64,000 bases of DNA from Euprymna scolopes (Eukaryota). This document shows, one piece after another, positions 36,416-51,356 of this stretch; position 1 is the first letter of the stretch, and each line of letters starts with the position of its first letter. The stretch is taken from the NCBI GenBank assembly GCA_053919585.1, contig CM132806.1; one strand, 5' to 3'. Made by a program: the position numbers and the translations under genes. The notes under the pieces are model-generated. The model was not told where the DNA came from, did no database searches, and was given only the letters and a program-made list of their open reading frames with translations.

Positions 36416-38737
36416 AGTAAATAATTATGCAATCACATCATAGCATTATTTTATGTCTTATCAAGAATTAGTAAATAATTATGTAATCACATCATAGCAT
36501 TATTTTATGTCTTATCAAGAATTAGTAAATAATTATGTAATCACATCATAGCATTATTTTATGTCTTATCAAGAATTAGTAAATAATTATGCAATCACAT
36601 CATAGCATTATTTTATGTCTTATCAAGAATTAGTAAATAATTATGCAATCACATCATAGCATTATTTTATGTCTTATCAAGAATTAGTAAATAATTATGT
36701 AATCACATCATAGCATTATTTTATGTCTTATCAAGAATTAGTAAATAATTATGTAATCACATCATAGCATTATTTTATGTCTTATCAAGAATTAGTAAAT
36801 AATTATGTAATCACATCATAGCATTATTTTATGTCTTATCAAGAATTAGTAAATAATTATGTAATCACATCATAGCATTATTTTATGTCTTATCAAGAAT
36901 TAGTAAATAATTATGTAATCACATCATAGCATTATTTTATGTCTTATCAAGAATTAGTAAATAATTATGTAATCACATCATAGCATTATTTTATGTCTTA
37001 TCAAGAATTAGTAAATAATTATGTAATCACATCATAGCATTATTTTATGTCTTATCAAGAATTAGTAAATAATTATGTAATCACATCATAGCATTATTTT
37101 ATGTCTTATCAAGAATTAGTAAATAATTATGTAATCACATCATAGCATTATTTTATGTCTTATCAAGAATTAGTAAATAATTATGTAATCACATCATAGC
37201 ATTATTTTATGTCTTATCAAGAATTAGTAAATAATTATGTAATCACATCATAGCATTATTTTATGTCTTATCAAGAATTAGTAAATAATTATGTAATCAC
37301 ATCATAGCATTATTTTATGTCTTATCAAGAATTAGTAAATAATTATGTAATCACGTCATAGCATTATTTTATGTCTTATCAAGAATTAGTAAATAATTAT
37401 GTAATCACGTCATAGCATTATTTTATGTCTTATCAAGAATTAGTAAATAATTATGCAATCACATCATAGCATTATTTTATGTCTTATCAAGAATTAGTAA
37501 ATAATTATGTAATCACATCATAGCATTATTTTATGTCTTATCAAGAATTAGTAAATAATTATGTAATCACATCATAGCATTATTTTATGTCTTATCAAGA
37601 ATTAGTAAATAATTATGTAATCACATCATAGCATTATTTTATGTCTTATCAAGAATTAGTAAATAATTATGTAATCACATCATAGCATTATTTTATGTCT
37701 TATCAAGAATTAGTAAATAATTATGTAATCACATCATAGCATTATTTTATGTCTTATCAAGAATTAGTAAATAATTATGTAATCACATCATAGCATTATT
37801 TTATGTCTTATCAAGAATTAGTAAATAATTATGTAATCACATCATAGCATTATTTTATGTCTTATCAAGAATTAGTAAATAATTATGTAATCACATCATA
37901 GCATTATTTTATGTCTTATCAAGAATTAGTAAATAATTATGTAATCACATCATAGCATTATTTTATGTCTTATCAAGAATTAGTAAATAATTATGCAATC
38001 ACATCATAGCATTATTTTATGTCTTATCAAGAATTAGTAAATAATTATGTAATCACATCATAGCATTATTTTATGTCTTATCAAGAATTAGTAAATAATT
38101 ATGTAATCACATCATAGCATTATTTTATGTCTTATCAAGAATTAGTAAATAATTATGTAATCACATCATAGCATTATTTTATGTCTTATCAAGAATTAGT
38201 AAATAATTATGTAATCACATCATAGCATTATTTTATGTCTTATCAAGAATTAGTAAATAATTATGTAATCACATCATAGCATTATTTTATGTCTTATCAA
38301 GAATTAGTAAATAATTATGTAATCACATCATAGCATTATTTTATGTCTTATCAAGAATTAGTAAATAATTATGTAATCACATCATAGCATTATTTTATGT
38401 CTTATCAAGAATTAGTAAATAATTATGCAATCACATCATAGCATTATTTTATGTCTTATCAAGAATTAGTAAATAATTATGCAATCACATCATAGCATTA
38501 TTTTATGTCTTATCAAGAATTAGTAAATAATTATGTAATCACATCATAGCATTATTTTATGTCTTATCAAGAATTAGTAAATAATTATGTAATCACATCA
38601 TAGCATTATTTTATGTCTTATCAAGAATTAGTAAATAATTATGTAATCACATCATAGCATTATTTTATGTCTTATCAAGAATTAGTAAATAATTATGCAA
38701 TCACATCATAGCATTATTTTATGTCTTATCAAGAATT
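36416..38737. repeat. 54-bp minisatellite, exactly 43 near-identical copies
   Basis: Unit agtaaataattatgtaatcacatcatagcattattttatgtcttatcaagaatt. 2322 bp = 43 x 54, with only two variable positions. Confidence 0.98.
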
Positions 38738-40729
38738 TATCAGGCAAACTTATTTACATACAGTATCCTGTTACGAGTTGTATGCAAGCAAATCAGTATT
38801 ATTTTTTTCCAAGTTTGGGCTAACAGATACACAAAATATTTGAAAATTATAATATTGCATTATTTCATAGTGTACTATGGATCAAAGGCACACTAAATAC
38901 ATGTGAATTGTAATAAAAGCTTTTCAGTTCTTGACTGGCAAATAAAAGAACTCAATACAAAAACTGATTTCATGAAAGAAAATCTTAATACAATAACTAA
39001 TAATATTCAAATATATAAGAAAATAAAGTTATTTTAGATAGTTCAATAGTGCAATCTACTGCTTTACTAAAAATAGACACAAGTTTATTATTCCTTTCAT
39101 AAATTAGCATTTTATTAGCAATATTCGTGTACAATTGCTTTGGCCCATTGAGTTGTCTAGCTAACCAGCAATATACCAAGACAGGAATAAACATTGTATG
39201 TTAAAATTATATAGAAAACTGCCCCCCCCTGGACCCTCTTAAAATCAAACCGTTAAAAAAGTAAAAACGAACAAGAAAAAAAAAAACAGTTCATTTGGTA
39301 TTTTTAAGATTTAAAAAATCTAAAAACAAATAAAATAAACATTTTAGATAGTGGTAAAAAATTAATTTATGTTAAAGGTATAGAGCATGTTATTACCGTC
39401 TCCACACATTTCCAATAATGATTTGAGAATTTGGTATTTAATCGATAGTAAAAACAAAAACAAAAAAAATCGTAGAGGGGGGTGGTGAACTTTTAAGTTT
39501 ATACAAATATTTAATTAAATTCAATTAATTACCTAATAAAAATACTAACATAAGATAAAAGATTTCCCTTCTACGGTCCATCTGAAACTTCTTTGCATTT
39601 AAAAATAAGTGTAAATTACTATTTACTCAGATGAAAGTTCTCATACTCTCTTAATGAAAAAAACATACAACCACATTAGTGTAAATGCAAAAGTTTATAT
39701 TCTTGATAGCTCACTGGCAATAACAGGTAGTGTTATCTGGAATCTGAGTGATAACGAGTCTCCACAAATTTCTACTACTCGTTGCCACATTCGATAATCA
39801 CTGCAAATCACAATTTACAACTAATTTTTTGTTGGCTTTTTTTTTTTTTAAATTTTTGTGGTGATAAACCTTCCAAAGATTCCAATATTCCCAGTGCCAT
39901 TTCAGTGGAGGTCTGGATGGTGCTCTCCCCTTTTGATTTTCCATCCTTCACAACCATTTTGTGTGGTACCAGCTGAGGCTAATGTCACAATTTTTTAAAA
40001 AATTATTATTATTAAAAGATTTTTATACCTACAGAATTTCACTATAAGTAAAAATGGATATTTTTTTTAGAATGTTTTATACTAATACAATAATAAAATT
40101 ACAAATGAGAGGTAAATAGCTATAATAAATCTTATTAAACCATAGAAATAAAAATGGAGGCTTATTTACCTTTATCTGAACAGTTTATGCAATAAGAGAA
40201 AAAAAGGTAATCAAGAGGTTAATTTTAAATCGAGATCATAATGAGATCTTCAATATTAATGCGTTAAGATAAAGGAAGAGAGTTAAAAGTGTTTGCTCAA
40301 ATAAAAACTTCTTTCTCATCCAACTAGTTTAGAATAAATATTCTTTAGAAGTTAATTTTGATATGAATTTTACATATCTATACATTGCAAATGCACGAAT
40401 TGCTCATTTTATTAGAGGAAATAGTAGTTATATATAATTTGCATTTTTTCCTCCTTCTAATAAAGCCTAGTAAAGGGAGCATAGATACTGTATCATAAAA
40501 TGTATTTTCAATTTTATCTGGACAAAAAAAAAAAAAAAAAAATCCATGCAAGACAAAAAAAAAAAAAAAAATGATTGAGGTAACTTTTTTTTAACAAATA
40601 CAATTTAACCTTACTATTCATTCAAAAATAACGAAGATATTTTTCACATTTCAAAAATGGTTAATAAAGAGGATACTTTCTTGAGAAAAAAACATCAAAA
40701 ACAATATATTTAACAAAATATTAAAAAAA

Positions 40730-40786
<57 letters not shown>

Positions 40787-40948
40787 ATATTGACAGAATC
40801 ACATCAAAGGTGAAAACATTTGAATAAATGTTTGAGAAAAGTAATTAACAAATAATGTATTCCAGTCAGAAGATTGCATGAGACATGAAATGTGTCTAAT
40901 AGTAAACGCAAGAAAAACATCTGACAACATTTAGCTATTTCTTATTTA

Positions 40949-40949
<1 letters not shown>

Positions 40950-40997
<48 letters not shown>
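40950..40997. repeat. (CA)n microsatellite (another at 46931-46986)
   Basis: Directly visible. Confidence 0.95.
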
Positions 40998-41001
<4 letters not shown>

Positions 41002-42852
41002 ATTTCTAGATATAGCTTATATTAAAATTCGTGTCTGAAAGAATGAATGCTGACTGGCTACAATTATACATGCACACAAACATATACACCCATTTTAAAA
41101 AATGTTAATTTCTTATAGATTTTTTTGGCACAGCTACATGCATTCACCAACATCATAACTAAAATTAGCACAAGAGGACTGCTGCAAGACAGACTTTGAA
41201 TGATGTCTTCATTCTATACAAAGTAGATACACAAGAATTTTAAAAATCTGATTGTTAAAATAAGAAAGCAATAATAATTGATACATCAATAAAAATTTGT
41301 AAATAAATTTTACAAAAATACTGTTTATAACCATTTCATCCATAAATTAAAGGGGGAAAATCAAATGACATTTTTATTTATTAGCGTATTTGAGTATTAA
41401 AAATAAAAATAAAATGACATTGAAAATATTGGATATCCGGGTAAAATGTTTAGATAAAGTTGCAGGTGTTTAGAATAACAATTCTAAAGAGTTTTGGTGA
41501 TCACATCCAATCTATTTCTCACACAAACTCACAATTGAAGGTTACATATTTGATGTAATATGCATAGTTGAATGTAAATTCTCAGTCTGATTGGTTGAAG
41601 TCTGATTAACTTCAGGTTGAACCTCTATTATGAGAAGTAGATGTGCTTAGTTTGATGATGTGATAGAAAGGATTTGAAGTTGACTAATCAGTTGCAGGCT
41701 AGATTTTAACAGGGGAAGATGTGAAAAGATAGTCTGGGCAAAAGCAGCTGGGAAATGGATATCCCAAATAGTTAAGTCTGTAAAATATATTAGAAGCTAA
41801 AATTATCATTGTCTTTACTCGAGAAAAGTACCAATATAAATTTTGCATTACACAGGCATCTTTCAAAGATGATCTATTTTCTCGATGAAGAGAAGTAATA
41901 AATTAGTTTATTTATTATTCATGCATCTTTATCAAATCAATCGACCGAAACAATTATTGACTTCGTTGTCTAAACTATACAGTTTTTATTTCTTTATGGG
42001 GAAATAATCTTTTTTTTTCAAAGTAAGTTACATATATAGACAATGTAAAATAGTTTTATTTTTGGGGTAGAAATTCCTTAAAAACAATGAGATCAGAAAC
42101 CAAACATTGTTTGACCTTAAAAGAAAAAAAAAACGTCCTTGATATATTTTATGTTTGAATTTATTCATGGATCATTAAAATAAAAATCTATTAACAGCAG
42201 TTTTATATTTATTATGTTTCACACTTGCTTCCACATATAACAACCCGTGTCTAGTTTAGGTACACCTGTGGATATGGCATGTCCTAAACATCCCATTTAA
42301 ACAAACGTCTCATTTTATGTTTTCTGTAGTGCACAATAAAGTAAATTTCGACTATTTTTTACATTTTAACCAAACAATTAACAAATTATTAAATTTGAAT
42401 TATTATATTTTATGATACAATTAAATAAAATGTGCATTATATAACACACACACATACACACACACACACACACATTCTTTCCATCCTTACGTGCGGTTTA
42501 CAATCATTTCCTGTTGTACAAATTTATGTTGGTAACTTATTTCTCGATTTATTGTGGAGGGGGGGGGGTTCTCTTATCAGATAAAGTCGTCAGTCAACCG
42601 AAAAAAATAAAATAAAAGGGAGATAAGTCAAATATGTTGATTGACACTATATTTGTCTCCCTTCATTCCTTATTGTTTTACGAGTTAAAAAGTAGTAATT
42701 CTTGCAATATACATTTTCTTAGACAATTTATTTTTGATTAAAAAAAAACTCGTTTTTGTTATGTGATTGTAATACAATAACAAAAATTTATTTCCAGATT
42801 TTTTTCAATGCTGAATTAAAATGTGTTACCTTAGAAAATGCAAGTGCTCACA

Positions 42853-42879
<27 letters not shown>

Positions 42880-42883
<4 letters not shown>

Positions 42884-43214
42884 TTCCCCCCAAACTCTGG
42901 CCTTGATGGAGGCGAAACTAAAACTTGCTATGGTTTCAAATGATCTGAAATAGCAGCGAGGGGAGACTTGATTCCAAATATTTCTCATATGTTATACCTC
43001 CTCTCTTTTGGAAATAGAGTATGATTATGAATATCTCCAGTATAAAATAATCTGTATACACTGTGTAATTTATGTATGAAAACCAAAGAGGGGAGATATA
43101 ACATGAGAAATATTTAGAATCAAGTCTCCCCTTGTCATTATTTCAGATAATTTGAAACTATAGCAGCAAGTTTTAGTCTCCCCTCCATCAAGGCCAGAGG
43201 TTTTGGGGGAATAT
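42880..43214. mobile_element. Foldback/MITE-like element with ~130-bp inverted arms
   Basis: 42880-43011 is the imperfect reverse complement of 43083-43214, with a ~70-bp spacer. Confidence 0.8.
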
Positions 43215-43531
43215 CACATATTTTGTAATTCATATGAAAAACTAGGAAAAAATGACAACACGTTTTATGGCTGTAAAAAGTGCCAAAAATAGGTTCTGGA
43301 TTATGAACGATCCCCTTAATGTGCGTTTGAATAATATTATACTATTCTATGGTTAAAATTTTATGACAATTAGCAAATTAGAACCTATATTTTCAAACCA
43401 ATAAAATATTCCCAAATTTACCTACACTTGTATAGACAGTGTTCTGGCAGGCTAGCTTCAGTTTTGTTGCTTTGCCTTGAATTTTGCTGAAGGTTTTCTT
43501 ATGCTTGGTTGTCTCCTGTGGCCTTACCAGG

Positions 43532-43612
<81 letters not shown>

Positions 43613-43678
43613 TAGGCTTTTGTAGGACAAAACTCAATTTTACAATGAAATACATGCAAGTGTGTGTGTGTATATAAA

Positions 43679-44308
43679 TCTATTATTATATAAAAGGAAC
43701 TTTGTGTGTCGGAGAGTTCGTTCCTTACAGACTCGAAAATGGCTGGATCAATTTTTTTACAAAATTTCACACGAAGGTACTTTATGTATTTGTCAGTGTT
43801 CATAGATAGATTTTGTGTTGGAATGTCTTTGATAAGTATTGATAATTAAAATAATCCGATAAAGAAGGAATAGGCGATTTTGATCAAAGATAACACCTTA
43901 CACAGTCAAGCATCCCGTGCATTTGAGAAGTCCAAAGGCTCAACACATAAAATCTACAGTAGGTTCTTTGATATGACAGGGACGCATTCAGAATACATAT
44001 TTGTCTTTAGAGCACAAACATGATACTTGACTTTTGCATTTTAAGCTTTAATTCAAGCCATTACATAAAAATAATTTGATAAAATCAACAGTAGGTTCTC
44101 TAGTGCAATGTAGACTACACTGTATTGTTAACTAATTTACTGTGAAAGACGTGTGCTTTCTCTTGTTGCACTGCGCTGTGTCCCCAACTGGAGCAGGCAA
44201 TCAATCGATTTGATTGAAAAATTGTTGATTTTACCGATTTGACTAACAGTAAAAACATGGGAGTGTAAAACATTTATTGTCAATCCCGGGCAACGTTGGA
44301 TTACCCTG

Positions 44309-44312
<4 letters not shown>
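43679..44312 (+). mobile_element. Non-autonomous Helitron-like element
   Basis: 5' a|TCtattattatataaaa. 3' cccgggcaacgttggattaccctgctca, a degenerate GC hairpin and CTAG end. Confidence 0.6.
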
Positions 44313-44375
<63 letters not shown>

Positions 44376-44464
44376 AAGATCTTGATATTGAAAATTTATT
44401 CAAATTTTCCAAAAACCTTTATAAACCTGTAAGTAAGGTATACAAAATTTTAATTATCTTACAT

Positions 44465-44530
<66 letters not shown>

Positions 44531-45254
44531 CAGCCTTTGAGATAAAAAATAAAAATCACTCGACCGCCGACACTCTTGTAAATCAACTATTTTATTACTA
44601 CAAACATTTCAGTAAATATTCAACAAAACGTTAAAATACAACACCAGTTTCTTTATATCGCATCATTCATATTATTGTTCCATAGAAATAAGAATCATTT
44701 CTTCGGATGTTTGACGGAACGATGCGTTTTTTTTTTTCCCTCTTTCAAATGTTTGTCTTTAATTTTGTAAGCATGAAGTGTATGTAGTTGTAGTGTCTAA
44801 GAATTTTTTTTTTTCCAGATAAATTTCAAAATCATAGAGCTAAATGAAGGCGAAATTTTGACTACACTCCAAATGTGTAAATTTTACCTCTTGTTGACCT
44901 TTAGCGTGACCACTCTTTTTTTAATAGGATATTCCAATGGTCTCACAGCTAGAGATGAAAGAATTCACAAATGATGAGACATAGGTCATTCTAAGTCACA
45001 GTATATCTGAGGGTCATAAATTAATGAGTCCCCCCCCTCCCCCGTTTCTTTATTTAAAGAAGTTTTATGGACTGGCAGGCGAGTGATTTACGACTTTTAG
45101 TAGCCCCAAGAAATTTTCAATGGACTGTGGCGACCGGTTCTGTAAAGTCTCAAAGGTTGTATATATACACACATGTATGTATGTATGTATGTATGTATGT
45201 ATGTATGCATGTATGTATGTATGTATGTGATAAGTGATATGTATGCATGCATAT

Positions 45255-45600
45255 ATGTGCAGGGCAGAAGACCTTGCTAGGATGGAAGACAACCTGCTCC
45301 CTAAAGAACTGTTATATACCAAATTGCAGCATGGTAAACATCCCAGACACGGACCAAAGAGATGTTTTAAAGATGTTGTCACAGACAATCTTAAAGGCCC
45401 TGAGCAGAACTATGGAGGACTTGGTACAATATATACCAGAATGTAAAAAAGACATAAAAAAATGAAGGAAGGAGACAGTGAGAGCAGTAGAGGGAAAGAG
45501 GGATACAGGTAGAGGGAAAAAGATAGGGAGAGAGAGAAAGAGACAGAGTTGGAACGATAGGTCTAGCTGCAGAAGAACGTCTATGATGGGTGTAGATTTG
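45255..45600 (+). mobile_element. RTE-clade LINE 3' ORF fragment
   Basis: LARMEDNLLPKELLYTKLQHGKHPRHGPKRCFKDVVTDNLK matches the RTE C-terminal motif RM.D.RLPK.LLY.EL..G.R..G.P..R.KD….LK. It is preceded by (ATGT)n at 45173-45227. Confidence 0.8.
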
Positions 45601-46279
45601 AAATGAGGCAACTACAGTACTTCATCTAAAAACATGTTCTGTGGAAATTGAAGGTGTTGAACGTCCCAGACACATTTCAGCTTAACCACTCTAATTTCTG
45701 TGATAGAGTCTAAAGTGCTGGTCTACTCAAAAATATAAATTAACTAGAATGCATTTCAATTAATGTCATTTTTGACTACATGACAAAAAATTGAATATTA
45801 TGAAATAAAAATAATATGGTGCTATAATAAAACATGGTAATATAGGGCTGCAAAAAGACATGTTTCTTATTCAATCTAAGACAACACAGGGTTTTCCTAC
45901 TTAAAAAAAAAGGAATATATTCTGTTTCTCAGGAAATATGTTTTAATTTTTCTAATTAATATAGTTTGTAAAAAAAAAGAAAAAAAAAAAAAAAGAAGAA
46001 AGAAATCGTTAATATAATTTGATTCAGTAAGATTCTACCTGTTCCATTTGGATAGTTTTTCTAGTAGTATGTAAATTCTCCAAAGGTTTTATATGAGCTA
46101 TTTTTGATCACCTAATTCTCACTATTTACTTCACGTGTATTCTCAAACGCATGTAAAGTGTCCTTGTCCCCGTTCTTTTCTTCTTTTTTGTTAATTGATT
46201 TATTTGAGCAAGTGAAAATGAGATGACAGTAGCCATGTGTTTATGTTATGTGCTTCCTGTCTGACTACCGGGCACCTTG

Positions 46280-46740
46280 TGTATCGTGCAGCTGTGTGCA
46301 ATTATAAGCTGGTGTACAGGTGTGCACTGCTGCTACTGCCATTATAGATGCTATGGCCAACACAGTTAGATGGTGTAATAAAGCAGTGTAAGTGTTGATA
46401 AGAGAGAGAGGGTGATGACAGGGCATAGGAGAGAGACTGAAGTTTAGTTCAGCTGTTTGGGTGAGAGAGAAAGAGAGAGGGAGAGACTATACTACTTTAA
46501 GTGGCCTACTATTAGCACTGGCACAATTCATCGCAAATAATTTGGATGCTAAATCAATTGGCTCACTACCATGTGCTAACAGCTTCAGCAGCATTAGAGT
46601 CACAGCAAAATAGGCTGTTTTATTTGGGCAGTCATGTACCTCGTCACCTGGCCCTGAGGTCAGCCTGACTGCAACCTGACTGAAACTTACCTGCACCAGA
46701 ATGATATGTATCCTATTTCTGATTGGCTGATATTGAGGCT
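46280..46740. promoter_or_regulatory. Candidate enhancer/promoter island: E-box cluster, NF-Y CCAAT box and a minus-strand splice donor
   Basis: CAGCTG at 46289 and 46450, CAGGTG at 46317, CACCTG at 46645. AGCCAATCAG on the - strand at ~46719-46728. CAG|GTAAGT on the - strand at 46691/46690. GC is higher than the flanks and no TE is recognisable. Confidence 0.35.
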
Positions 46741-46927
46741 AAATTCCGCAGTTATTGATCTTATCAATTAAATAGTGTTCTGAATGGGATTTGTAGGCAG
46801 AATGACCGACTTTTACACTGGATCATAACTCTGCTGATGTAGCTACTGTTACTAATCATTTATTAGACTTCTTTGGACATCTTAGTCAAAGAAATAATCC
46901 CATTTCAACTTTGAAAAACAAAAACAA

Positions 46928-46991
<64 letters not shown>

Positions 46992-48490
46992 ATAAATCAA
47001 GTTCTTAAATATTTCATTAGATAGATCCCACAAATGTCCTTGTAAATTCGTTTTTTACCATTATGTATAGATTCTTCTAATGTATTTTCTCCACAAGAGC
47101 TATTTGTAACTTTATTAGATAATTTGTTTAGAAAATATATTATTGTATCAGAAAAAAGATCTATGTGTTTTTTTTGTTTTTTTTTAAATATCTTTCTTTA
47201 AAATATATATTTCCTATTTGGAAATAACATTAATTATTATGAATGTCTCAATTCAATAACTTTTACTCTTATCTCTAGTAAAGTAGATTTCAATCTATTT
47301 TTTGTAAGTGAGATATATTATTCCTTTCATGAGTTTAATCATTTTCCTTTAAAAAGCTTATAATTTTAATATGATATCACAATTCCCATGTCTTCCTATT
47401 ATTGCCCAGGATTGAATAGAATATCCTATGAGGTCATTTACAAATCTTCCACAATAATATTTATATCTAATCACCCAACTGAACATGATAATATATAATG
47501 ATGATTTTGTACACTGTCACACAAAGGTACATTCACATCAACAAACAATTACTGATTATTGGTTCTATTATCTGGCACTCTAAAAACAAAAAAGCAAAGA
47601 GGTCAATAATATATACATGTCCCAGAATGGGCATGAGTAATATTAAATAGCATTAGTTTCATATTTTAATATTCTTTCTTTAAGGGCATGGTATAATTTC
47701 GGTGGCAACCACATAAATGGTAAAATAAAAAAAAAATGTACTTATGTTACATTCGCTATATTATTCCATAATAAGTTAAATACTTTAACATTTTTTCAAG
47801 CACATGCATATTGACACTCGCACACTAATGCTTTTAGAGATGTATTACTATAACTCAAATTTTTATATAAAGCAATGTTTTTCTCTATTACATTTTTTGT
47901 ATTTGATTTATTTAAAATGTTATTTTTAGGACGGGTATAAGCTTGGGTGGATTCACCTAAAGTTTTAAAGTAATCTGACTATTTTAATCATTGCGTTACC
48001 AAAAATATTGCAAAATTCATAATGATTGGTTAAAAAAAAAAAAAAAATTTTATATACATACACTTCCTTAAAAAAATTACTGTGCTATGTTAGTCACTGT
48101 ATTGTTGAAAGTATATATTCTAAAATTCATAATAAGCCATTGATTAGTTTAGGAAATTAGTCTGTACATAAATAAACATAAATACACACACCTATCTGTC
48201 AAAATAATGCTAATTTTGTTACTTTAAGCAAATCAAATGAAAAAAAAATTCAAATAAATTACTGCCATAAATTTGAAATGACTATCTTATTTCCTGATAA
48301 ACATAAGGTTTTACCATTAAAAAGAGGCCAAAAGTATCAGTGTAATGAGCAGATTTCTATTTCTTCATAGAAAATAACTATTTTATGTAGACTTATCATA
48401 TATGAAAAAATGATACCAGTATGAATTTGTTTAAAATACTTAAGAAATTCCAAGTTGAACAAAAGTTTGATAAGTTTAATTAACAATCTA

Positions 48491-48546
<56 letters not shown>

Positions 48547-50206
48547 GTTTTTTATGGATTAAAAAAAATAAACATTTGCAATGAATGATAAAATTTATAA
48601 AAAGTAAAAATTTGTGGAAATGACCAAACTAAGGTTCTAAGTATATTTTTGTGTCAACATCCAACAGTGAAATAAGAAAAACATGTTTTATATAAGTGAC
48701 TATTAGTATAGATCAGTGTAAAACAAATATGAATGATCGTTCAGATTGAAATGAAAGGGAATCATAATCCAAAAAAATACTAAATTAATCAGAAAAAGAA
48801 TAAAATTGTAATGAAAAAAAAAAATCTCCAAAACATTTCTAATAATATTACAATTTTCTATTTATATCTTTTATGTTAACACAAAGAAAGCACAGAAATA
48901 TTTTTTTGAAAATAAAAAATGCTGAACTTTAAAAAAGTTTAAAAGATTATTTGAACGCGTTTTAATTAGGTTCTTTATATTCTATACTATAAGAATTATT
49001 AAGCGGATGCAAGTAGCCATAGACTTTAAAATAATTATGAAGTCTTTCTAAAAATTTTAACAAACAGTGCTAAAGATTACAAACTATCAAAAGAAAACAC
49101 TTAACTAAATAAATTGTTTCTATGAAAATTAAATTCAACAACAATTACTTATAGTTTGATATGGATCATTTTTTATCTCTAACTAGCATTTAAATGCTTA
49201 TTAATATATGACAGTAACTGCACAGTTAATTATTTAGTCACTTTTAATTTCATTAAAAAATCTTAAATTATTACACTTTTATAGATTCTAAAATCATGAT
49301 CTTAAAAAAAAAACAAAAAAAAAAACAAGATAATATTAGTTTAGAACTTCATAAACAAAATTCTCTGCTGGTGCATTTTAAGATGAAAAGATTATTTTTA
49401 ATATATTACATAAAATTGTTTATGTAAAAATGAACGATTCTTTGAAAGTGCAACAATATTCTGACTTTGCCAGGTGCGTTATTTATGGGCATTGAAAAAC
49501 AGATGCGATTAAGAAGATGATGTGTCTGTAATAGTGCTGTCAACAAAACTGAGGTAGATTCATTGTAAAAACACAGAGTGATAAACGGGCATGGAAGTTT
49601 TTGAGAAGAGTAAAACTCGAATTGAAAAAGATTCATTGCACATGAATGGACAATTAAGACTTTATAAAGCCAGCTCAAAAGAAAGACGTTTTATTATTGT
49701 AGTTCTTCCTGAAGATAAAGTAGTCATGTAACAAAAAGTTCAATTACTAAACAAAAATATCTATTCCCCAAAGACTAAGAGATCAATATGCAAAATAGCT
49801 CTAGGGCTACCCAAAGGTTGTATGGCAATAGTATTAGCAAACACAAAGTCCTAAGTTATTTTATGGGATTGGTAAAATGCATTACTCTGCTTTACTGGAT
49901 CATATTTCAAAAATGACAACTCTAATAGCATGAGTCCAAAGGAAATTAATTTTAGTCAAAGTTGCTGCTGCTGATGACATAAGGGAATGAAAAGATCCAT
50001 CGATTACATAAAACCAAAGAAAATATTAAGATAGCAAATTTTGAATGTGGTATATGCAGGGACAGATGAGGGTAAGTTCTACGTGGATGAAACACCAAGA
50101 ACAAAAAGTAGTAGCTCGATCGGTATATATATTTCTTGAGCATAGGATAAGAATAAAAGAATGAAACCATCGAATTGTGTGTTGCTGACGTTTCAGATGA
50201 TGAAAG

Positions 50207-50376
50207 AATTATGGTAACAAAATAAATTATCGTAACAATTATGGTAACAAAATAAATTATCATAACAATTATGGTAACAAAATAAATTATCATAACAATT
50301 ATGGTAACAAAATAAATTATCGTAACAATTATGGTAACAAAATAAATTATTGTAACAATTATGGTAACAAAATAAA
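50207..50376. repeat. 30-bp tandem repeat, about 5.7 copies
   Basis: Unit aattatggtaacaaaataaattatcgtaac. It explains the repetitive ORFs 49952..50401 and 50193..50384. Confidence 0.95.
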
Positions 50377-51313
50377 GGTGGCATATAACCAATATATGCA
50401 CGGCCTCTTTATTATTGCTGAGAGAGGAGAGATGGTCATCTGTTTTTGTTGAATGAAGAATACAAACATTTTAGTTTGTAACAATTCATAAGATGCTGCA
50501 ATAAGAAATAAGTTGAACAACCAATCAATAAGGGTTTAACTAAATCCCCAGAAAATGTATAATCTAATAAAATGAAACCTAAACTTTTACTTTTTCATCT
50601 ATTTTAGTATTAAAAGGAAGATTGAATAAAATTTGTTAAGTAAACACAAAAAGTGCATCAAAATAGGTTATGTTATTGTTTAAATTAAACATTGATGAAA
50701 TTGTTTTCATTGTGAAATAACATTTGTTTCATTTTAACTAAACTCTAATTAGTAAATAGTAAATATATTTTTTGTTTAAAATTTTTTTATTTCAACAAAT
50801 AAGTCATTTATACAAACATTCAAGACTGATTTTCATATGACAATAAATGTGTATATGTTTATCACAGTAATAGTTTGATTCAAACTAAGTCATCTACAGT
50901 TTCAGATTTTATCATATCTACAACTTGATTGCTTAGCTTTCCCAAAAATTAAGAGATCAATCCAGAAAAAAAAATTAAATTTATTAAGGCAAATTCCCAT
51001 GTTTAAGATATGAAAAATTGCATTTCTAGAAAGTAGTTTTATCTTTCAGTTCTACTGTAATATCTCTCATATCAGTTAACATTTTTGTTTATCAATTCAA
51101 TCACTATGTGGAGGAGTCAGAACAAAATAAATATGAGTTGCTTTCATGTGTAAATAAAAACCAATGAACAATCCTGTATGTCTATTTAATGTTTCATTTT
51201 TTCTATACTATGACAGATGAAAAAATAACACTACACAATACAAACAAACAATCGTGAGTTTTAAGTGAAGTACTAGCAATCGTAAGCTTGATTTTCATAC
51301 AAAGATACATGTT

Positions 51314-51356
<43 letters not shown>

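Noticed and set aside
36416-38737. CRISPR-like regular array
   Set aside because: The units are contiguous and identical with no unique spacers, the context is eukaryotic, and there are no cas genes.
49952-50401. Repetitive hydrophobic or Cys-rich ORFs
   Set aside because: Translations of a 30-bp tandem repeat that happens to lack stops on the - strand.
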